From the human T2T-CHM13v2.0 reference genome, Homo sapiens, in NCBI RefSeq assembly GCF_009914755.1, contig NC_060933.1: DNA of 64,000 nucleotides; one strand, given 5' to 3'. Each line of letters begins with the position of its first letter. The first letter of the stretch is position 1. The notes beneath the pieces were generated by a model that was not told the origin of the DNA, did not search any database, and worked only from the letters and a program-made list of their open reading frames with translations. The position numbers and the translations under genes were made by a program. This document shows, in pieces, positions 54,936-64,000 of this stretch.

Positions 54936-55916
54936 CAAACGGCAATTTTTAAATGATACAAAATATTATCACTTTTTTTAAGGAAATGGACACTGTCACA
55001 CATTATAGGCAAAAGTGAAATGAGCATATATTTCTGGAGATAATTTTGATAATAGCTGTATTAAAATTAAGAGAATTATATACACTTGCATTCAGCAATT
55101 TATGTGTAGGAATTTACTCGAGGAACTAATGAAAATAGTATGCAAATACTTGTGATTTATTGACTAGCATGCAATGAACATCTTTACTTGCAAGAACAAG
55201 GTTAGTACTGAACTTACCACTACACTGTGAAGTAGATATTATTTTAATCCTCATTTGACAAGAGGAGGGAACAGAACATCTTAGACACTAATTAATTTGC
55301 TCAAAGTAACCTACCTTGTAAGATATGAGTGAGAATGAATTAGAACTGATGTCTGCCTGCAGAGCCTGTGTTCTATTGTTTGAAGCAGAGCAGAAGCTTT
55401 CTTCAAAAATCTTCCACTTAACTGGTTTACCAGATTAATGGACAATCTTCATTCCCTCTGCAAAGCACACAGATGAATGCTCCCTGTATGCTGTGTGTCT
55501 GTCACTGGTTGGCATTCCTCTGATGAGCCCAAACTCTCTTGCTTCTCCAGCTGAGTCTGAGTTCTATGCTTACCAATAGCCGGTTGTGCTTCTCCCCATG
55601 CATTTATCGCAGGTATAATTATCACTATCGTTATTTAGTTTAATTAAATATTGTATAAATTCTTGGCCCCAGGTGAGTGTGAAAAGACAAGAGTTTTTGT
55701 TCCTATGAAAACTAAGTTAAATACTTTAAACAGATTCATACATTTAAACTGCTAAGAAAGAAAAAAAATAACTGTTGCTTTGAATTAAGTGGAAACAAGG
55801 CAGCTGTAAAATATTAAGATTTTATTAACTCAATATTAATCATTGTATAAGTAGTGACTTCATATTGTTTTAAAATTCCTACTCCTACTAATAAATAGCA
55901 AATACTTATGGAGCAC

Positions 55917-56258
55917 TGTGGTAGGCAGAACAATGCCTCCTGAGAAGTGCCGACCTCCTAATTCCCAGGACCTGTGAATATGTTAAGGTGCATGGTAAAA
56001 GGAGAATTAAGGAGCTAATAGCTAACTATAAAAAAGGGAGATTATCCTGGCTTATCTGGGTGGGCCCAATGTAATTAGAAGGGTCCTTAAAAGTGGAAGA
56101 GGGAGACAGAAAAAGAGAGAGTTAAAAAATGTGATGACAGGTGCAAGTTCAGAAGTGTACTACCTAAGGACTGAAGCTGCACTGATGGCTTCGAAGGGGC
56201 AAGAAGGGGCCACAAGCCAAGGAGTGCAGACAACCCCTAGTGGCTGGGAAAATCAAGG
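55917..56258 (+). mobile_element. MLT1D-like LTR, 5' portion
   Basis: TGTGGTAGGCAGAACAATG...CCTGTGAATATGTT...GGGAGATTATCCTGG...GGTGGGCCCAATGTAAT. Confidence 0.8.
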
Positions 56259-56264
56259 AGATGT

Positions 56265-57320
56265 GATAACAGATTTCCAAAACATACAAAGAACTCTTAA
56301 GACTCAACAATTAAAAAAATGAACAACTCAGTTAAAAAATGGGCAAAAGTCCTGAACAGACATCTCTCCACAGAAGATATACAGATGACAACTAAATGGA
56401 AAGATGCTCACCATCATATGTAATTGGGGAATTGGAAATTAAAACAATAGTTAGATACTTCAACGTATCTACTCAGAATGGCTAAAACACATAATATTGA
56501 CGAAATCAAATGATGACGAGGATATGGAGCAATAGGAACAGGAATTCATTGCTAATGGGAATGCAAAATGTTGCAGCAGTTTTTGGTGACTATTTCCTAC
56601 AAAACCAAACATACTCTTACCATAGGATCCAGCAATTGCACTTGTTGGTGCTTATCCAAAGGAGCTGAAAACTTATGTCCACACGAAACTTATACATGTA
56701 TGTTTGTAGCAACCTTATTCATAATTGCCACAACTTGGAAGGAACCAAGATGTCCTTCAACTGATAAATGGATAAATAAACTGTGGTACATTCATAGAAT
56801 GAAATATTATTCAGTACTAAAAAGAAATGAGTTATCAAGCCATGAAACAACACGAAAGAAACTTAAATGCACATCACTAAGTGAAATAAGCTAGTCTGAA
56901 TAAGATTCATACTATATTATTTCAACAATATGACACCCTGGAGAAGGCAAAACTATGGTTAGAGTAAAAACATCAGTGGTTGTTCAGGGTTAGGAGGAAG
57001 GGATAGATAAACAGGCAGAGCAGAGAGGATTTTTAGGGTAGTGAAACAACTTGGTGTGATAGCTATATGTCATCATACAACTGCCAAAATCCATAGAATA
57101 TACATCACCAAGAGTGACCCTTAAAGTAAACTATGGACTTTGGGTGATATGGATGTGTCTAGGTAGGTTCATCAGTTGTAACAAATGTTCCAGTCTGGTG
57201 CTAGATATGGATGGTCAGGGAGGCTGTTTGAGGTAGAGTAAGGGGGTGCAGGCTGGGGCTATATGAGAACTTTGTACTTTCTACTCAATTTTTCTGTGAA
57301 CCTAAAACTGCTTTAAAAAT
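56265..57320 (+). mobile_element. L1MC1-like 3' end
   Basis: ORF 56568-56894 L1-like (TWKEPRCPSTDKWINKLWYIH); GTAAACTATGGACTTTGGGTG...GTGAACCTAAAACTGC. Confidence 0.85.
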
Positions 57321-57322
57321 AC

Positions 57323-57360
57323 TATATATATATAATTATATATAATATATTATATATAAT

Positions 57361-57400
<40 letters not shown>

Positions 57401-57403
57401 TAT
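57323..57403. repeat. (TA)n-(CA)n microsatellite at L1 tail
   Basis: Directly visible. Confidence 0.9.
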
Positions 57404-58149
57404 GTAATATTATTAGGAGACCTATTCTCTTAATATCTTACACAAGGTTCCCTGGAGTACTTGCCCCTTTAATGCATAAGTAAAAAGATCACAATTTATC
57501 ATTTTTCTTCTGCCCTTCCTCATCAGCATCCTCCATGCATTGAAAAAATTTTAAACTTCAGTCTTTATGATCAGTTTTGCCCATCAATGACTGAGAATTA
57601 AATAAACGACCTTTGGGTTTTCATATCCCATTGCTGAAGTGTTTCTTGTTTTGTTCTTAGAATACATTTTCAGGTTTTTAACATGGCCTGTAAAAGCCTC
57701 TGTGATCTAGCACCCGTCTGCCTCTCTTGCCTCTTGCCCCTCCTCACTTTCATTCTTTGTGCTCTAACTTAAAAAATAAATGATTCTGTTACTTGAGAAT
57801 GCTACTTTTATTTTATGTTTACCCCACCCGGGCTTATGCACTTGCTGTTCCCTCTTTCGGAACTATTCCCTCCCTCAGCAATTTGTTTTGCTTTGTTTTC
57901 TCAACTTCAAATGGAGCTGGTATCTGTCCAGTGTATTTCCCAGGCTATTGAGAGGTTTAAAAGTCAAATACATGATTACAGATTCTCTGGGGGGGAAAAA
58001 AGGTGCTAATTTAAAAAACTAATTGTAGACTTTAGCCCTGGAAACCCAACTTACTCCATGGGAACAGGAAAGTCACCCTGAAGCAGTTGCACCATCCAAA
58101 TAGGAAACACCACTAGGAAGAATTAAGTGAAAGAGGAAACTAAGGGTAG

Positions 58150-58380
58150 TCAGCATGGGAGTGGTGATAAACAACATAGACTCTGGGCAGGTGCACTTAG
58201 GTCCAAATCATAACTCTTTGTGAACATTTGACATTTGACAATTAACCTCTTTAAGTCCTAGTTTCCTCCCTTGTAAAATGGGGAATATGACAGTCTCCTA
58301 CATGTTAGGGTTTTGGTAAAGATTATGAGAATAAGCATTAAATGCTAATTCAATATTATGTGCATTATTACTATTATTAT
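58150..58380 (+). mobile_element. MIR
   Basis: TTAACCTCTTTAAGTCCTAGTTTCCTCCCTTGTAAAATGGGGAAT core. Confidence 0.75.
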
Positions 58381-58389
58381 TATGAATTC

Positions 58390-58720
58390 TATTTTGCATA
58401 TATTGAATTTAAGTGCCAGTAGGATATCCAGTGTGCAAGACGAAGCTGAGTATTTGCCTCTGAATTTCAGGAGCAAGATACGGGTGGGTAATTTGTACTT
58501 GTGAGTCATCAACGTATACATAGAACTTGAAATCCTGGGCATCAAAAAGATGACCTGAAGAGAGTGTGAAGACTGAAAAAGAGGTGTGGACCTTAACATC
58601 TAGGTGATGGAATTGAAAACAAGGCCGAGAAAATGTGACCTTTGGAAAAAAATCAGGAGTCTGAGATGTCACAGAAGTCAATGCATTTTATATTTGAAGA
58701 AGACAGATAGTTAATTTGGA
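58390..58720 (-). mobile_element. L2 relic
   Basis: Minus ORF 58409-58681 contains FYVYVDDSQV (L2 RT YADD-like motif). Confidence 0.65.
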
Positions 58721-61700
58721 GAAATCAGTAATTTAGTGACTCACCTCCACATTCTGGATCTGCCATGCATGTGAATAAAATTATGCCTGGGGAAAATGAC
58801 AAATGGTTACATATTACGGACCTCGAAGAGTTTCTGGCAAAGTCAAATCTGTGAATAACCCATCTGTGAAAATCAAGAGTCTCATGAACTTTTGGGACCC
58901 CTGATATGATCTGTATGTCTCCTGAAACACAGCACTTAGTCATTTTTGTAGGACAACACTGTTCATGACATCACTGATAATAAAACTATCCAGGCATTAA
59001 AAATAAATTAAAAATATGGAATTTTTCTTGACTATTGGTTCCCTCAGCAGTAAAATATACACTTTGAGTTACATAGAGTTGTGGATGGTTTAATTAAAAG
59101 CTACCACTCCATGAATATTAGAGAGATAAGAAAACTGCAGCCAGGGGTAAGGTGCCTTATCTGAAAATGCGAACATAACAAAGTGGTAATGTTATCTTTT
59201 GAATTGGATTTTTAAATAGAGTAGCTGTAATGCCCCATAAAGCAACACTCCTAATTTGTAATGTAAAATTGTACCCCTCCTTTGCATCCCTTTGCTGGGT
59301 TCTAGTTCTGGCTGATAAAAGAGGACATGAAACTTGAAATAAGATCTTTGCATAACAAACACCTATGATTCATACCTGATGTGCAGAAAATGGCCATCTG
59401 CTAACAAGCACATGTGAGCAGCCTGGCTATTTGCTGAAATCTCATGGGTGGACCTAGGTTTAATCATACATGGAAGAGCAAAGTGTTTCTGTTCCCAAAG
59501 GAATCACCAGTCTCCATGGGCTAATGCGGAAGACGCTGGCAATAATGTAGTTACTGATAATTGCCATTTTACAGAGCTTGGATGGGTGGGGTCATTCAAT
59601 TAGAAACGCCATGCTGTTTCCAATTCACCTGGTTGGGATCAAAAGGTGCTTTAGCTTGAAGTGAAATGAGAAACAGAAAACCAGTCTCTCACCCCTCCTG
59701 GGCCACTAACCCTGCTTTCCTAGGCTTGCAGTGTTTTGAAAGCTGCTCTGTCTGGCCCTTGAAATTGCATTCAAATCCTTCTCTGAAAGTCCTCAGACAG
59801 TAACCAATCTCATATGGTGAGGGCAGCTTGAGACTGAAAAAGGAACATATAACTCTGATGGGTCTATTGAATATACTAGAAGGCATCTTAAAGTGAAATA
59901 ATACAACTGGTTTCAAAAGCTACACTTCCCCCCCAAAAGTCAGCAAGGGTAAATTGGATGGGAATGCGTAAAAATTGAGTTCCTTGGGCTTTTTTCTGTG
60001 ACTTGGTATCAGTAAATTTTCCTCAATCTCTTTTTATTTCCTGGCTTGCTAGCCTCCCATTCATGTGCTACAGTAGAATGTAAACAGCTGGTTCATTTGC
60101 AATCCATTATGACATTTATAATACTGCCATCCTCATAAAGACAAGGATTATTGTTAGGGATATGCTATTTCTAGAGTCTAACGACTTGTTATCTGACAGA
60201 GCGTGTATCCGGATTTTAAACTTATAATTAATCACAGTTTGGTCCACTTGAAACTGACCCAAAAAACACAAACATGAGAAGCTTTTTCATTGCTTATAAG
60301 AATAACAATTGAAACATGACTAATTTCTTGAAACAAACCCGCTCCTTTTGTCTCTTTGGGGTGAAAATATTATTTTTAGCCAGTTCCTAGATTTACACGA
60401 GCTGTACATTTTGACTCTGACACTTCCCTCCTGGTATTTATACTTTTTATTCATAAACTTGGACATTGACAAGGTATTGTAAATAGTCTTTCAAGGATTC
60501 CTATTTTAGGACTGGTGCACTAAAGAGGGAAAGATCAGTTGCCTCCACTGCTTTAAACCTTAATAGGTTTAAACCTCAGTCAGGGGAGAGAGAAAAAAAA
60601 GTATGTCTTTTTAACTAATATCCATGTCATCTTCTTAATCATGCTGATTCTGAATAATTCAGCCTCTATGGAAGTTGCAGAGCCAGAATCTATAGCTCTG
60701 TCTCTCTCAGGGGTGGTGGAGGGAGGAGTTTATTATTAACAAGTTTGACAGGAGAGAGCTCTGGCAGGTTAATTGCTACAGCAGGACTAGCTGGGAGTTT
60801 GCTGGTGATATATAGCGACGAAAGCGAGTGAAGGAGATTGACTATGCCTGTTACAGAACAAATATCTTCATGCACCTCAGGTTTCTCAGAAAGATATGAG
60901 AAATAAATGTTCGCTGTTCATTTTCTGTCTGCACAATAAAAATAGCCTCCAGCTAAACATGGCGACTACAGCACAGAGACTTAAAAAAAAAAAAGGAAAT
61001 TTGCAAATTAACATTATTACAAACATTCCTGCCTGAAAGTGCTGAAAATCAATTTCAATATATTTTGCATTTTAATGAATTGCCAAAGAGATAAATCAGA
61101 CAGTGTTTGAGGAATGCTTGCTTGGCAATGATGTTTTCTTATCGCATCTTGTCTTAACTGATAGCATTTAAAATGAAACCAGTGTTAATTGAAGGCGTGG
61201 GAAATGTAACTGCTAGTTAATGAAGTAAATGCATGCTAGTTATGCAGAATTAGAAATCTGCTTTAATGTACTAACTCTAACATTGTCTCCCTGTTCTGTA
61301 GCCTCCTCATTCCAAGGCAGTAATACTCAGTATTATAAATGGTTGAAAGGCAGAGCCCACGCTAGAGCTAAGGGCCATTGTGTTTTAATCCCCCAGTGGA
61401 AACAGGATGCAAATACTGTTGTTTTTACTTTACACAGTAAACAACAAATTTCAACTCCTGAGCCTTTGGGGAGCTTTAGGGGGAAGGCCGAGTCTCCCAC
61501 TTCTTTTCTTCAAAGAAAATAAACAACATAACTTTTCAATCTAACATCTGTTTGCACTGTTTAAAATTAGGCAGCTGAAAGAGGATGTCAGTTTGCTAAT
61601 GTTACCGAGGTTGTAGCTTTCTCCATGTCTTATCCATCCATGCTCAGCACATAGTATGTGCTCATTCAAATTTTACTAAATGAATGGAAGGATGGATAAT

Positions 61701-63434
61701 TGTCCTCTTTTGATCTCCATGTCTCTAAACAACAGAGAAATCATTATATTTCCTAATCTGTATGTCTATGTGTTTAACACAACAAATAATAAACTAACAC
61801 TTTCTAATAGCATGTAGAGAATATACGTGCATTTTTTTCTTTATCTTCTGCAAGGATATAATCCTTCTGCAACTTCACATTGTTCCTTCTAATTGCTTTT
61901 CGCTATCCATTAGTTTTCTTCCTTTCTTTCTTTCTTTTAATTGTGTAAAAATAAATAAGGCAAACTATTTTTGGGGAAATAATTTCTTGAAAAGTAACAA
62001 ATGACTCATCATTTGGCAAACTAAAATTAGGCAGCAACAAGGATGGGAATTTATATTTTCTTCTGCACCATAGAGTGTTTTAAGTCTGGAGGTGACTGAG
62101 GGGTTCTTTACGTTCTATCAATGAGACAGAAAGGCTTACCTTGTAAAACCATTTGGCCAATGCAAGATTTGTTCTCCGTAATGCAATTCTTAGGAGGGCT
62201 TTTTTTCCTTAAATTTTAAATTTTATCACCAGTGTGTCAAAAAACTAAACATCATTTTGCAATTGTGAGGAATTCGTCATTAAATAACTGTGTAATAGTT
62301 AAGGGAAAAAAAGTTCCCAATGCATAGAAAATATGACCATTAGATATTAATCATGGAAAATTTGGAAGATGTGATTAATATTCGAACAAAATAATATATG
62401 GCATAGAAGCAAGTCTCTCCTACTGTTAAAATTAAAGCCCTATTTACTAATATGTTTAATATGTTAACATCCTGTCACCCTGATTGTCTCATTCAGCCTT
62501 GGATACAGCTAAATATAAACCCCTCACACAACCAGATTTTATATACATCATATATAAAACATGGAATTGCTTAATAAACATGGTGTGTTAAGGTGATGAA
62601 TTCTTACAGTAAACCCAAGGGTAAAGAGCCTTTAAAAATTAATCTAATTTCTCCTGAAACACTTTTCTACAGAGATTATGAAATGGCTTGTAACCAAGCT
62701 GGCTTTGAAAAACTATCAGTAACAGCTATTTTTTCCTGATCATTTAAAATGCCAATTGTAGGTATCAGAGGGGTAATTGACCTGGCCTGTACTGGAAACC
62801 TTATTGCATAAAAGGCTTGGGACATTTTTCCTTTTATTGATTTCATTTAACTTAATATAAACAACATTTTAAAGTAGCTAGCCAAAATGAATGATTAACC
62901 AAATTTCAAATTGACCCAGAAACTCACATCTGTCTGAAGAAATGCAATACACATAGTATTTTAGTCATAAAATGAAAACATGAAGCAATGCAATGTCTAT
63001 TTTTAAAATGAAACAAAGTTGCAGTTTTAGTTTTGTTAAATAATATTTTCAAACTAGCTGCTTCCCTTTCCACCCTCCACTAAATCTTCTTCAAAAACCG
63101 TATCTGGGAACTTTCTATTGTAGAATGTTTTTTAAAACTTCTTTAGGTAAGGGCTGTATAATGCATATGATGCATTTGAAGAATACTAAAAAAAGAAAAT
63201 AAATGGCCTTTTTCAAAGATGGTAGATATTAATATAATTAGTATTTCCTTGGGGTCAAATATTTCCTGTCCCTACCCCCATTTTATAATTTATAATCCTG
63301 TTATGTTATTTATAATATAAGTAATACTGTTAGTGGTGTCTGTTGGTGTTGTTTTTTAACTTTAACTTAAAAAATTAAACTTACCAGGATTTCCAAAGGA
63401 AAGACTTGAAATTTACATGCAATTCAGCCAAGCA

Positions 63435-63735
63435 TTTTTTTTTTTTTTCTTGAGATGGGGTCTCACTCTGTCATCCAGACTGGAGTGCAGTGGTACTATC
63501 TTGGCTCATTGGCAACCTCCGCCTCCCACGCTCAAGTGATTCTCTTGTCTCAGCCTCCTGAGTAGCTGAGATTACAGGTGCACACCACTACCACCCGGCT
63601 AATTTTTGTATTTTTAGTAGAGACGGGGTTTCACCATGCTGGCTGGGCTGGTCTTGAACTCCTGATCTCAAATGATCCACCCTCCTCGGCCTCCCAAAGT
63701 GCTGGGATTATAGGCATGAGCCACTGTGCCTGGCC
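63435..63735 (-). mobile_element. Alu (S/Jb-type)
   Basis: Poly(T), full antisense dimer ending CCACTGTGCCTGGCC. Confidence 0.93.
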
Positions 63736-64000
63736 CTAGCCATGTTTTTAAGATTGTTTTCCAGAATGGATGATGACAGGTCTTACTAAAATATCATGGC
63801 TATAATACTAAATGGCAAAGGGACATCTGTTCTGGGTCCTCTGGGTGGTACTCATATTGCAGGAAAGAGAACAGTGAATCAAGTACAATCAAAAACCCAT
63901 CTCTCCTATAAAATGATGGAATCTTTAGATTCCCTGAAAACAGAAATATTTACACACAGCAATTAATTAAACAAGCAGCAGAGATTATTTAAAAAGCTCA

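Noticed and set aside
51000-55150. Nested insertion series (old L1M > L1PA16-like > MSTA)
   Set aside because: Order matches expected element ages; ordinary nesting

Overview
Primate (human/great-ape-type) genomic DNA, AT-rich and dominated by transposable elements. I found no supportable host protein-coding exon, RNA gene or CRISPR array. Most ORF-track entries are chance frames in Alu, L1, LTR or microsatellite DNA. Main elements: (1) a full-length Tigger1 DNA transposon (12253-14613, minus); (2) a near-full-length L1PA4/5-like LINE-1 with a 5' inversion (18968-24725); (3) a two-LTR HERV-H/LTR7 provirus with CTGGC target-site duplication (39713-45568); (4) a truncated L1PA16-like element interrupted by an MST LTR; (5) many Alus, THE1/MST/MLT solo LTRs, MIR, L2 and MER relics. 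The most unusual observation is at the L1 inversion junction. It joins the first 42 codons of antisense ORF0 in frame to ORF1, so the antisense-promoter region now points into ORF1/ORF2. Also notable: the HERV-H 3' LTR has lost its ATTAAA poly(A) signal while the leader keeps a perfect splice donor; a 3x ~166-bp tandem repeat; a three-monomer Alu inside one TSD pair; and several fold-back or templated-insertion scars. Subfamily calls come from recalled consensus sequences read by eye and need RepeatMasker/Dfam confirmation. Nothing here demonstrates a new biological system.
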